A stretch of 64,000 bases of DNA, from positions 2,176,001 through 2,240,000 of the forward strand of contig OY969585.1 in assembly GCA_963701295.1 (NCBI GenBank), written 5' to 3'. The notes under the pieces were generated by a model. That model was not told where the DNA came from and did no database searches. It worked only from the letters and a program-made list of their open reading frames with translations. This document shows, one piece after another, positions 10,257 to 20,381 of the stretch; the stretch's first letter is position 1, and each line of letters opens with the position of its first letter. Made by a program: the position numbers and the translations under genes. Origin of the DNA: Ignavibacteriota bacterium (GTDB lineage: Bacteria > Bacteroidota > Ignavibacteria > UBA10030).

Positions 10257-11654
10257 ATGGAAAAAATAACCTCACCTGCACCACGAATAATAATTGATCA
10301 TTTTGCTGAAGAAATTAAGAAAAGAAAGATTCCAACGGGACCAAAACCTTCAATAGCCGTTATTGATTTCCGGAATTGGAAGCGAGATGGAATTGAACGC
10401 CCGATAGAATTAGTGCCTTTGGAGTTATTAAGGTACAGAAAAGACAATGGTCGTATTGCATCTGATGTTATGGATTATGAAAGAAATCATGGTCGGTTGA
10501 AAGAAGAATCCAAAGAAGCACAAGAAATTATCAAAAAGTTTCTTCTCGAAAGGGACGAAAAGAAAACAGATGAATTAACGAAGAGCATACAACATGCAGG
10601 ACAAGATCAGCCTGCCATAATCACTTGCGATGGATTCCTCATAAATGGAAATAGAAGGAAAATGGTTTTGGAGTTTCTTCATAGCAAATATCCGCAAGAT
10701 GACAGATTTGTTACAATGAAAGTCGTGATTCTCCCGGGAAAGGATGATGAAGGCGGATCACCGACGCTTTACGATATTGAAAGGATTGAAAATCGCTATC
10801 AATTACAAAGCGATGGAAAGGCTGAATATTTTAATTTTGATAAGGCTTTGTCTATCAGAAGAAAAATTGAAATTGGAATGACTATCAAGGAACAAATTCT
10901 CGACGATCCAAAGTATATAAATATTTCTGACAAAGAATTAAAAGAAGCGATAAAGGATGTTGAACAGGAATATCTTAAACCGCTGGAATGTATTGATAGA
11001 TATTTAAGTTATCTAAAGAGAGAGGGGTTATATTCGACTATATCAGCAGGAATAAGCGATAGAGAAGGGCGCTGGTATGCCTTTTGTGACTATAGTAAAT
11101 TTTGGGAACAATTAAATGATGAATCTAAGCGAATTAATAAATTCAAAATAAAAGAAAAAGAAATAGGAAAAATAGAAGATGCCGCCTTCAAAATTATTAG
11201 AAAAAGAGAACTGAAGGATCTACCCAAAGTGCATCAAATAATGAGAAATTTTTCTAAATATATATCTCATGAAGATTCGAAAAAGGAATTACTAAGACTA
11301 AATGAAATAGAATTAGAATTACCAAAGAAGGAAAGGTTTGATAAAGAGGGCAAGGAATACGACGAAAGAGAAATTGATAGAAGATGGGGCGCAAAACATG
11401 AAACGGTAATAACAAGACAAGTTAAAATAGCTGATCAATTATATAACCGTAATCGAGATATAGGGGCTCCAATAGCTATCCTAGAAGCAGCGCTAGATAA
11501 ACTTAACCATGATGTTCTTGAAGATCCAGACATAGGAATCGACGACATTAGCAAAGCATTAAAATTGGCAATTCAAATTCGTGAGCGCGCACATGAACTA
11601 GAACAAAATTTTTATTCAATCAAGAAAAAACTAGACAACTTAGGGAAGAAGTAG
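10257..11654 (+). CDS. ParB/Srx-like N-terminal domain protein with long helical C-terminus
   Basis: SIQHAGQDQPAIITCDGFLINGNRR resembles the ParB GxxRxxA arginine patch; GAGG RBS. Confidence 0.65.
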   Translation: MEKITSPAPRIIIDHFAEEIKKRKIPTGPKPSIAVIDFRNWKRDGIERPIELVPLELLRYRKDNGRIASDVMDYERNHGRLKEESKEAQEIIKKFLLERDEKKTDELTKSIQHAGQDQPAIITCDGFLINGNRRKMVLEFLHSKYPQDDRFVTMKVVILPGKDDEGGSPTLYDIERIENRYQLQSDGKAEYFNFDKALSIRRKIEIGMTIKEQILDDPKYINISDKELKEAIKDVEQEYLKPLECIDRYLSYLKREGLYSTISAGISDREGRWYAFCDYSKFWEQLNDESKRINKFKIKEKEIGKIEDAAFKIIRKRELKDLPKVHQIMRNFSKYISHEDSKKELLRLNEIELELPKKERFDKEGKEYDEREIDRRWGAKHETVITRQVKIADQLYNRNRDIGAPIAILEAALDKLNHDVLEDPDIGIDDISKALKLAIQIRERAHELEQNFYSIKKKLDNLGKK

Positions 11655-11674
11655 TACTTCGACAGAGAGAAACG

Positions 11675-13567
11675 ATGCTAATCGATACACTGGAAAACGA
11701 GATATTAATTCATCTAGAAAATACCTCCTTGAAAACTTATCAGCTAAGTCAGCTCCAATTCTGGAAATTTACTAGCGAGGATATTAATAAAATATTAAGA
11801 TCGCGAACAGACAATGTTGAACTACTGCTTATTAAACTGATAGAATATTTTGAAGAGGAAAAGATTGTTTATGAATTATCTCAAATGTGCCAATCAATTG
11901 TTGAGAACAGAAAACAAGTTGTCGACGATATTAGAAATATCAAGGAAACAAGTTCTACTTTCAAAGAAGGTAAGTACGATAATGAAGATTTTGGCCAATT
12001 TGCTGCATTCATCAAGAGAAGCATACATCGGAAGTTACGTGATCACCAAATAAAAGCTGCTTATCATCTTTATATTAGCAGGAATGCTGCTAACTTTTCT
12101 GTCCCAGGAAGTGGAAAGACTTCTGTAGTCATCACGGTATACGAAAAATTACGATTAGAGGGCAAAGTAAATTTACTTTTAGTTATTGGTCCACCATCAT
12201 GTTTTGGACCTTGGAAGACGGAGTTTTATCAAACATTGGAACGTGACTCAAAAGCTCGAATATTATCTGGAAGCCAGCCTACCGACAGAAAAAATGAATA
12301 CTACAAGAGAGTTGAGGATCGAGGTGAACTCTATTTAACGACATTCCAAACTCTTTTGAATGATCAGGAAGACGTTATTACCTTTCTAAATAATAGGGAT
12401 GTTAAGGCTTTCTTGGTAGTAGATGAAGCACACTATATTAAACAGTTAAATGGTAATTGGGCACAATCTGTCTTGAAGACGTCAAAATATGCAACCTATC
12501 GTTGCGTTTTGACTGGTACTCCTACTCCTAAAAGTTTTTCTGATATCTTTAATTTGTTTGATTTCCTATGGAGTAATCCTCAAGTATTGACATCTGAGAG
12601 TAAAATAAAAATTCAACTCCACGAAAAAAGAAATGAATACGAAAAAGCAAAAGTCATACTGAAGAATGAAATTGGACCATTGTTTTATAGGGTTCGAAAG
12701 AGAGATTTAGGATTACTCCCACCTGTTTTCCATACACCTCAAATCGTTATAATGAATAGATATGAACAAATCATTTACAGAGCAATCGAAAATAAAATCA
12801 TAAACTTTGCCAAAGATGATTATTTAAAAAATATTGATCTAGTTACAAAACTCCGTCGTGGAAGGATTATGCGGTTAAGGCAATGTAGTTCCTATGCAAA
12901 GTTGATATCAAGTGCTATAGAGAACTATGATGAAACTATTATAGATGATTCAGAACTAGGCATCAATAATTGTGAATTACGATAATCTAGAGAAACCATC
13001 AAAATTAATAGCTCTAGAAAAACTTGTGAGATCTTTGAATGTCCAATCGCAAAAAGTATTGATCTGGTCGAATTTTGTTGGAAGTCTTGAAATGATTAAG
13101 AAATATTTAATAACTAATGGTATGAACTGTGAAATTATCTATGGAAAAACTCCGATAGAAAGCACTACAATTGACGATGAAAATACACGAGAGGCTATAA
13201 GGGATAGATTTGTAGATCCCAAAAGTGGTTTAGACATACTTATTGCCAATCCAGCTGCTTGTGCGGAGTCTATCTCATTACATAAGACATGTTTCATGCC
13301 ATCTACTATGATTTATCTTACAATTGTGCACAATATTTGCAATCTATGGATAGAATACATCGTATCGGTGGTTCCGAAATAAATATAGCAAATTATCACT
13401 TTCTCCAATATGCAAATACAATTGATGCCGATATAAAACATAATTTAGATCAGAAGGCAGAGAGAATGTATAACCTTATCGAAGAAGATTATGCTATCTA
13501 TTCTCTCAACATGTTTGAAGAAGACGATAGCGAAATTCAAGCATATAAAAGATTATTTGGAAATTAA
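11675..13567 (+). CDS. SNF2/SF2 helicase, split by two frameshifts (about 12960 and 13293)
   Basis: NFSVPGSGKT, VVDEAH and LTGTP in frame 1; ANPAACAESISLH in frame 2; QSMDRIHRIG (motif VI) in frame 3. Confidence 0.85.
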
Positions 13568-14514
13568 TGCCACAAAATTTTGATAATATTTCTTTCACAC
13601 AGCTATGTAGCCTAATTAATATTCTAGGCAGTACAAATAGTTCAGATATTGATTTCATTAAATCTAAATACTTTGATGTTGCAAGGGATTATGACGCTAC
13701 AGTTGAATTCCTTACTAACCTTTCTTTGGTTACGCAAAGAGATGATCAGATAACAATATCTCCTGAATTGAAATCGCTTTTCAAAGAAAAGAATAAGACA
13801 GATATTGTGAGAAACCTTCTGTTGCAGAAATTGATTAAACGGAATTCTCCATATAGAGAAGAATTACTGCGGTTTTTTAGATTATTTGAATTAAGAGGAA
13901 ATGACTGGGCTTGCACGCCAACAAAAGAGCAAAGACTCAAATACAGTGGAATTAGGAATCTATTGATAGATATGGATTGCATCGAACACGATTCCAAATC
14001 TGGCCAATATTTATTCCTATCTACAACAATATTGTTATTTGAAGAGTTACTTGATTCTTTTGCTATTTCGCGTAAAGAATTCTCTAAACTCCTTGAGAAA
14101 CGCGAAGAGTTGGGTAGAGAAGCGGAGTTGAGGATAATTGAATATGAGAAGCAAAGACTATTAGGTTGTCCAAACCTTATCAGTAAGATTAAACACTTGG
14201 CAGATATTAATGTGGGAGCAGGGTTTGATATTTTGAGTTTTGAAGGTGTGGATTCGGCCCAACCTGAAATGGAAAGATTAATAGAGGTTAAAGCTGTTTC
14301 TAAGTTTTCTTTCAAGTTTTTTTGGTCAGTAAATGAAGTGAATAAAGCAAAAGAAACAGGTAATAACTATTACCTATATTTATTGCCAGTAGAATCAAAA
14401 ATAGGATTTGATATAGACAAACTTCAAATTATACAAAATCCATTTTTAGAAATATTTAATAATTCCACAAAGTGGGCACAATCCTGTGAAAGCTTTTGCT
14501 TTAGACTAATCTAG
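13567..14514 (+). CDS. DUF3883 (PD-(D/E)XK) domain protein
   Basis: GREAE..YEK.RL, GAGFDILSF, IEVKA, FFWSVNE, YYLY at the C-terminus. Confidence 0.8.
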   Translation: MPQNFDNISFTQLCSLINILGSTNSSDIDFIKSKYFDVARDYDATVEFLTNLSLVTQRDDQITISPELKSLFKEKNKTDIVRNLLLQKLIKRNSPYREELLRFFRLFELRGNDWACTPTKEQRLKYSGIRNLLIDMDCIEHDSKSGQYLFLSTTILLFEELLDSFAISRKEFSKLLEKREELGREAELRIIEYEKQRLLGCPNLISKIKHLADINVGAGFDILSFEGVDSAQPEMERLIEVKAVSKFSFKFFWSVNEVNKAKETGNNYYLYLLPVESKIGFDIDKLQIIQNPFLEIFNNSTKWAQSCESFCFRLI

Positions 14515-14523
14515 AGAGAATTA

Positions 14524-15453
14524 TTGCTAATGACATCTAAAGAAAAAAAAAATAAGGGACACAAACTAAAACCCCCTTTTGGCTATTTCGGTTCAAAGCA
14601 AAGATTAGCGATTCATCTTTGTGCGAACTTACCACCGCACAATGCATGGGTTGAAGCCTTTTGTGGATCAGCTTCTTTGACTCTTGCAAAAATCCCAGCA
14701 CCAATAGAAGTCATTAACGATTTAGACAAAGAAATCATAAACCTTTTTCGTCAATTAAGAGAGAACCATGGAAATTTATGTAGAATGGTTGAACTTACTC
14801 CGTATGCAAGGGAAGAGTTGAACATTGCCCGAACAAAAGGAAAGAAAATTAACGATCTAGAACGAGCACGGCGTTTCCTTGTTTCTGCTATGATGGCGAT
14901 CAACGGAGTTTTTGGAGAAGAACGAGGGGGCTTTTCATACTCTGATTCATACTCCCGACATGGTAATGATGCTCGTGTCAATAGATGGTATAACTTGTCA
15001 AATAGAATTTCTGAGGTTGTTGAAAGATTGCGCGGTGTGAGGATTGAGAATAAGGACGCTCGACAATTGCTTAAGCAGTATATTGATAGACCCGGTACGT
15101 TAGTATACCTAGATCCTCCATATCTTGCGGAGAGAACTAATGGGTATAATAGAGATGCAAATAATATCGAGTTCCACAAAGAACTTCTAGACATTGCAAA
15201 TGAAGCTAAATGTATGATTTTCATAAGCGGCTATGATAATGAACTTTACAAAAAAATGCTTACCAAAGACAATGGATGGTCAACTAAGAGAATTAAAACA
15301 ATCACGAAAGATTCAAGTGGACAAAGTCACAAACGGACGGAAGTTGTTTGGATGAATAAACACTTTAGGAAAGCACAAAAATCAAAACATGTACCAATGA
15401 GACTGTCTGAAAAGGAACGAAAATCAAATAAAATTAATCCATCTAGAGAATGA
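14524..15453 (+). CDS. Dam/D12-class N6-adenine DNA methyltransferase
   Basis: YFGSK, EAFCGSAS, EVINDLD, VYLDPPY motifs. Confidence 0.92.
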   Translation: MLMTSKEKKNKGHKLKPPFGYFGSKQRLAIHLCANLPPHNAWVEAFCGSASLTLAKIPAPIEVINDLDKEIINLFRQLRENHGNLCRMVELTPYAREELNIARTKGKKINDLERARRFLVSAMMAINGVFGEERGGFSYSDSYSRHGNDARVNRWYNLSNRISEVVERLRGVRIENKDARQLLKQYIDRPGTLVYLDPPYLAERTNGYNRDANNIEFHKELLDIANEAKCMIFISGYDNELYKKMLTKDNGWSTKRIKTITKDSSGQSHKRTEVVWMNKHFRKAQKSKHVPMRLSEKERKSNKINPSRE

Positions 15454-15693
15454 ATTGGGATTATACAGCCGTAACTGCGAGAGAGTTTAACTTCCGAAGA
15501 CGGTTGTATAAACAGAGACAAAGTATATTTACTCCCTCATCGATCAATGAATGAAGGTGGGCAGGACGATATCAGTTGGAGATAATCGCTTGAATTACAC
15601 AATCGCCCTCAAGATTTTTATACAAAAAATCATTAGAATCCATTAGCCGGTATCAACATCAATAAATCATTTCTTGCATGAAAGGAGTATCCT

Positions 15694-16272
15694 ATGCGTA
15701 AAATTATTTCTGTTCTTATGTTTGCCGTACTCGCGGCGCTGATCGTCACATTTGCTTCAGCACAGGAGAAAAAACCAGCCGAACCTTCCAAGCCAGCACA
15801 AAGTCCCTCTCAGGAATTGTTGTGGATGTGGAACAATGTCGGAGACAAACTGATCGCTATGGCGGAGGATTTTCCCGAAGATAAATACGGCTTCAAAGCC
15901 CAGAAGGATGAGCGGACGTTTGGAGAAAATCTCATACACATTGCATCGGATTACTATGGCATGATCAGTGTCATCAAAGGATCGGCGATGGGGCCCAAAG
16001 GGAGCGAAGATTCCTTGCGGAAAAAGTATCCGACGAAAACAGACATCGTGAAATTAATAAAGCAGGCGGTCGCAGACGGCGCGCAGCTCATTAAGGAACA
16101 GGGAGACAGCGGATTGACGCGCGAGTATAAATCTCCATGGGTAAATTTAATGTTTCACGGCTCGTTAGGCTGGATGACATCCATTGAACACGCAGGCGAA
16201 CATTACGGACAATTGGTGGTGTATTACCGCATCAACGGATTGATACCGCCCCATTCCCGTCCGAAAAAATAA
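15694..16272 (+). CDS. Secreted DinB-family protein
   Basis: Signal peptide; RTFGENLIHIA and EHAGEHYGQLVVYYR. Confidence 0.85.
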   Translation: MRKIISVLMFAVLAALIVTFASAQEKKPAEPSKPAQSPSQELLWMWNNVGDKLIAMAEDFPEDKYGFKAQKDERTFGENLIHIASDYYGMISVIKGSAMGPKGSEDSLRKKYPTKTDIVKLIKQAVADGAQLIKEQGDSGLTREYKSPWVNLMFHGSLGWMTSIEHAGEHYGQLVVYYRINGLIPPHSRPKK

Positions 16273-16288
16273 CATAGAGAAAATTTTC

Positions 16289-16349
16289 GTAGGGACGTGA
16301 TTCATCACGTCCGATTGAGGTTTGAGGGCGATTCATGAATCGCCCGTAC
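16289..16349. repeat. Inverted REP doublet (BIME-like)
   Basis: GTAG-GGACGTGA-TTCA-TCACGTCC and, on the opposite strand, GTAC-GGGCGATTC-AT-GAATCGCCC. Confidence 0.8.
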
Positions 16350-16431
16350 AATATTGCGATGAAGTAGATTTGTGTAAACGGAGGAAAAGTATGTCTAACA
16401 TATATAAAAACTCAAGAAGGAGGATATTGTC

Positions 16432-16737
16432 ATGAAATGGTATCATTACGTTGCTTGCTTTTTTGCAGGGATGTTTATTGCAAATATCGTCCCTCATTTT
16501 ATCCACGGCATTTCCGGCGAAGCTTTCCCCACACCATTTGCCAATCCGCCCGGTAAAGGTTTATCATCCCCGACAGTGAATGTGTTATGGGGTTTGTTTA
16601 ACTTGATCGTAGGGTATATATTATTCAGGGCGGGAAAGATATCGAATTCCGATAAATGGACTGTGTTTTTATTTTTTGTGGGCATTCTCGTCATAAGCGT
16701 GATGTTAAGTTACGGGTTTGCAGACATCCATCATTAG
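16432..16737 (+). CDS. Small integral membrane protein
   Basis: Three hydrophobic segments, AGGAGG RBS. Confidence 0.75.
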   Translation: MKWYHYVACFFAGMFIANIVPHFIHGISGEAFPTPFANPPGKGLSSPTVNVLWGLFNLIVGYILFRAGKISNSDKWTVFLFFVGILVISVMLSYGFADIHH

Positions 16738-16785
16738 TATAAAAATTTGTGCAAACAGAGATAAGGTTTATCTCATCTGAATAAG

Positions 16786-17163
16786 ATGGAGAATCCAATA
16801 GAAAAGATCGATATCAACAAGAAATTTGCATTATTCTCCGAGTATTGGCGCCCAAAAGTTATTGCGGAACTCAATGGTCAGGAGGTTAAACTCGTAAAGT
16901 TCAAAGGTGAATTCGTTTGGCATCGTCACGAGATCGAAGATGAACTCTTCCTTGTCTGGCACGGCAGATTTCGAGTCGAGTTTCGTGATCATACCGTGGA
17001 ATTAAAACAAGGTGAATTGCTCGTCGTGCCTCACGGTATCGAACATCGTACGGTTGCGGACGAAGAAGTCGAAGTATTAATTTTCGAACCTCAGGCAACC
17101 CGCAATACCGGCGATGTTTCAGATGAATATTTCACCGCTCCAATCGGAACAAAAATTTTATAA
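16786..17163 (+). CDS. Cupin-domain protein
   Basis: GEFVWHRHEIEDELF and VVPHGIEHR motifs. Confidence 0.9.
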   Translation: MENPIEKIDINKKFALFSEYWRPKVIAELNGQEVKLVKFKGEFVWHRHEIEDELFLVWHGRFRVEFRDHTVELKQGELLVVPHGIEHRTVADEEVEVLIFEPQATRNTGDVSDEYFTAPIGTKIL

Positions 17164-17353
17164 AAATAGGGCACATCTTGATCCTCCCCTAAATACAGAG
17201 GAGGTTAGGGGAAAAAACTTCCCCATCAAAGGGAGTCAGAGGTCTATCATAACATATGTGAATGTTCGTTGCTTTTATTAAAGTGGTAGCCGTAATGGCT
17301 ATCTTTTCAAATATTCCAGCTGTCTTTATTTTTTTTAATAAAGGAGTTTCTTC

Positions 17354-18472
17354 ATGCCAACAAAATGGCCGGTTATACTTCAAAAAATTTGTTTCAGCGC
17401 TCTTCTATTCCTCTTGAGCGCTTGTTTACCTTTTCTTACCAAGCAAGAACCAATAAGCTCCGGTATTATAGATGCCGACAATCCATATATACAATATACA
17501 GGGCGCTTCGATTTTTCAAATCCAAAATGTGTTGTATTCGATTGGGCCGGAGTCTATATCAAAGCGCGTTTTAACGGAACTCACTGTTCCATTCGATTGA
17601 ATGATCAAAATAATGAGTATGCAGTCATCGTCGATAATTTCGCGCCGCAGTTACTTCATACAGATACGGCGAAAGAATATAAGGCAGCAAATGGGTTATC
17701 TGACTCGATTCCGCACAATATCATAATTCAAAAACGAACAGAGCCTCTTGTTGGCAAAGGTGCGTTTATAGGATTCATTCTTGATAAAGGGAAAAATCTT
17801 CTTCCGCCTGATATGCGGCCATCCCGACGCATCGAGTTCATCGGTAATTCAATTACTTCCGGATATGGAGTTGAGGCAGATAGCTCAAATTGTTCATTCA
17901 GCCCTGAGACAGAGAATGCATGTATGTCGTATGCTTCAATTACTGCGAGAGCGTTAAACGCCGAATATCACATTATTTCATATTCCGGACGCGGAGTCGT
18001 GAGAAATTTTGGCGATAGCAACAAGACATCGATAAATCCAATGCTATCGTTGTATGATCGTACATGCTTCTTTGATTCAACAAAAAAATGGAATTTTAAA
18101 GCTTGGATTCCTCAAGCGGTCGTTGTCAATCTTGGAACAAATGATTTTTCAACTTTTCCTCATCCAGACAAATCAACATTCCAGGGCGCTTACATTCAAT
18201 TTCTTGAACGGATCCGCTGCCTCTATCCGGGAGTTACAATCTTCTGTATATGCGGGCCAATGATTGGAGAACCATGCGCAACATATATAAAGGAGATTGT
18301 TGAACAGCAAAAGAAAATAAAAGGAAGATATAATGATGTTTATTTTATAGAAATTAAGAGAAGTATTCTTACGGTTACAGATTGGGGATGCGATTTACAC
18401 CCAAATATTTATGGAATGAGTAAAATATCGGATATTCTTACTCCGGTCATAAAATTGAGAATGAATTGGTAG
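17354..18472 (+). CDS. SGNH/GDSL esterase, CE2 acetylxylan-esterase-like, probable lipoprotein
   Basis: IEFIGNSITSGYG, NLGTND, DLHP; LSAC lipobox. Confidence 0.85.
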   Translation: MPTKWPVILQKICFSALLFLLSACLPFLTKQEPISSGIIDADNPYIQYTGRFDFSNPKCVVFDWAGVYIKARFNGTHCSIRLNDQNNEYAVIVDNFAPQLLHTDTAKEYKAANGLSDSIPHNIIIQKRTEPLVGKGAFIGFILDKGKNLLPPDMRPSRRIEFIGNSITSGYGVEADSSNCSFSPETENACMSYASITARALNAEYHIISYSGRGVVRNFGDSNKTSINPMLSLYDRTCFFDSTKKWNFKAWIPQAVVVNLGTNDFSTFPHPDKSTFQGAYIQFLERIRCLYPGVTIFCICGPMIGEPCATYIKEIVEQQKKIKGRYNDVYFIEIKRSILTVTDWGCDLHPNIYGMSKISDILTPVIKLRMNW

Positions 18473-18570
18473 CTCACTTATCCATGGAATAAGCGCGTGG
18501 CGAAGGTAAAGAGTTGGGTGTACATTTATTATAAATAAAGATTAGTCTAATTTTTAAGGAGATAGAAGCT

Positions 18571-20232
18571 ATGGATCACATTGAAGAATCCAAAAACAAC
18601 AATGGCAATCTGTCGCGAAGAGGTTTTGTGAAATCGAGTTTGTTTGGAAGCTTAGTTGCAGCTGCTCTCCCTGCAATGGCGTTCGCGAAAAAAACTGCTG
18701 CATCTCCAGCGCTTCATATCGACATTTCATCTTTTGAGTTAGAAGAGACGAGTATCAGCGAACTTGCGGAAGGGATGGCATCGGGAAAATATACTGCTCG
18801 TTCCATCGCTGAAGAGTACTTGGATCGCATAGAAGATATCGATCGGGATGGTCCGACACTCCGAAGTATTATCGAATTAAATCCCGATGCTCTTGAAATC
18901 GCCGATGCACTCGACAAGGAGCGAAAAGAAAAAGGCGCACGCAGTCCGCTTCATGGGATTCCTGTATTGATCAAAGACAATATCGATACTGCAGATCGGA
19001 TGGCAACAACTGCCGGCTCTTTAGCATTGGTGGGAGCAAAGCCGCCGAAAGATGCATTCCTTGTTCAGCAATTACGAAATGCGGGAGCAGTAATCCTCGG
19101 GAAAACAAACCTCAGCGAATGGGCGAACATTCGCTCAAACCATTCAACCAGCGGTTGGAGCGGCAGGGGCGGGCTGACAAAAAATCCGTATGCATTGGAT
19201 AGAAATACATCTGGTTCCAGTTCCGGTTCAGGCGTGGCAGTTTCCGCAAATCTTTGTGTGGCTGCGGTTGGCACAGAGACTGACGGTTCTATTGTTAGCC
19301 CTTCATCGATCAATGGAATAGTGGGCATAAAGCCGACTGTCGGACTTATTAGCCGCACGGGAGTAATCCCGATATCACACACGCAAGATACTCCCGGACC
19401 CATGGCACGCACCGTACGCGACGCGGCGATAGTCCTTGGCGTTCTCACCGGGATAGATGCAGAGGACAAGGCAACCAGTGACAGTCGGGGAAAATCCTCA
19501 ACCGACTATACTCAGTACTTTAAAGCGAATGGGCTGGAGGGAGCAAGAATTGGCGTGGTGCGAAAGTATTTTGGTTTCCACGCTGGCGTCGATAAAGTCA
19601 TTAACGACGCGCTGAATGTCCTCAAACAGCAGGGTGCGGTGCTGGTTGACCCCGCAGATATCCCGACGATAGGAAAATTCGACGATGCTGAAATGGACGT
19701 CTTGATGTACGAACTTAAGGCGGATCTGAATGCTTACTTCGCGCGCCTTGACGTGGGCGCACCCGTTCATTCCCTGAAGGAACTCATTAAATATAACGAG
19801 AAGAATGCAAAATCGGAGATGCCGTATTTTGGGCAGGAACTTTTCCTGAAAGCAGAAGCAAAGGGGCCGCTGACGAGCAAGGAATACATCGATGCACTGA
19901 AGTTGTGTCGACGGATGTCGCGTAAAGATGGAATCGACGCAACGATAAAAAAATTTAAATTGGATGCTCTTGTCGCACCGACCGACAGCCCTGCTTGGCT
20001 CACAGACCTGATCGATAGTGATCACTTTCTTGGCGGAAGTTCAACTATTGCTGCAGTCGCGGGGTATCCGAGCATTACCGTTCCTGCAGGATTTGTTTTT
20101 GGATTACCTATCGGGATCTCATTCTTTGGCCGTGCATGGAGTGAGCCGGCGCTTCTTAAGTTTGCGTACGCATTTGAGCAAGCGACGCATTCGCGCAAAC
20201 CTCCAAGATTTTTGTCGACGGCAGAGGTCTGA
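18571..20232 (+). CDS. Amidase-signature family amidase with Tat signal
   Basis: SRRGFVK, IKDNID, GSSSGS, GTETDGS motifs. Confidence 0.93.
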   Translation: MDHIEESKNNNGNLSRRGFVKSSLFGSLVAAALPAMAFAKKTAASPALHIDISSFELEETSISELAEGMASGKYTARSIAEEYLDRIEDIDRDGPTLRSIIELNPDALEIADALDKERKEKGARSPLHGIPVLIKDNIDTADRMATTAGSLALVGAKPPKDAFLVQQLRNAGAVILGKTNLSEWANIRSNHSTSGWSGRGGLTKNPYALDRNTSGSSSGSGVAVSANLCVAAVGTETDGSIVSPSSINGIVGIKPTVGLISRTGVIPISHTQDTPGPMARTVRDAAIVLGVLTGIDAEDKATSDSRGKSSTDYTQYFKANGLEGARIGVVRKYFGFHAGVDKVINDALNVLKQQGAVLVDPADIPTIGKFDDAEMDVLMYELKADLNAYFARLDVGAPVHSLKELIKYNEKNAKSEMPYFGQELFLKAEAKGPLTSKEYIDALKLCRRMSRKDGIDATIKKFKLDALVAPTDSPAWLTDLIDSDHFLGGSSTIAAVAGYPSITVPAGFVFGLPIGISFFGRAWSEPALLKFAYAFEQATHSRKPPRFLSTAEV

Positions 20233-20311
20233 TTCATGATCTGTGGGATTAACAAGGAATCTATTATATAATGACAAAATTAATCGCGCTTTAATATAAG
20301 AATACTGGTTA

Positions 20312-20366
20312 TTGACATCTGCACACTTTTTATGTATATTTGATTCGATGTATATCGAATCAAATA
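20312..20366 (+). promoter_or_regulatory. Sigma70-like promoter with overlapping palindromic operator
   Basis: TTGACA-17-TATATT (20312-20340); perfect IR TATTTGATTCGAT-GTAT-ATCGAATCAAATA (20337-20366). Confidence 0.85.
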
Positions 20367-20381
20367 AGATTGAAGATTCCG

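Noticed and set aside
13746-15224. 189-aa and 157-aa minus-strand ORFs in the defence operon
   Set aside because: Antisense shadows of well-supported genes.
15461-15511. 12-bp inverted repeat after the MTase gene
   Set aside because: No T-run, no attC consensus and no partner at the operon's left edge; cannot be assigned.
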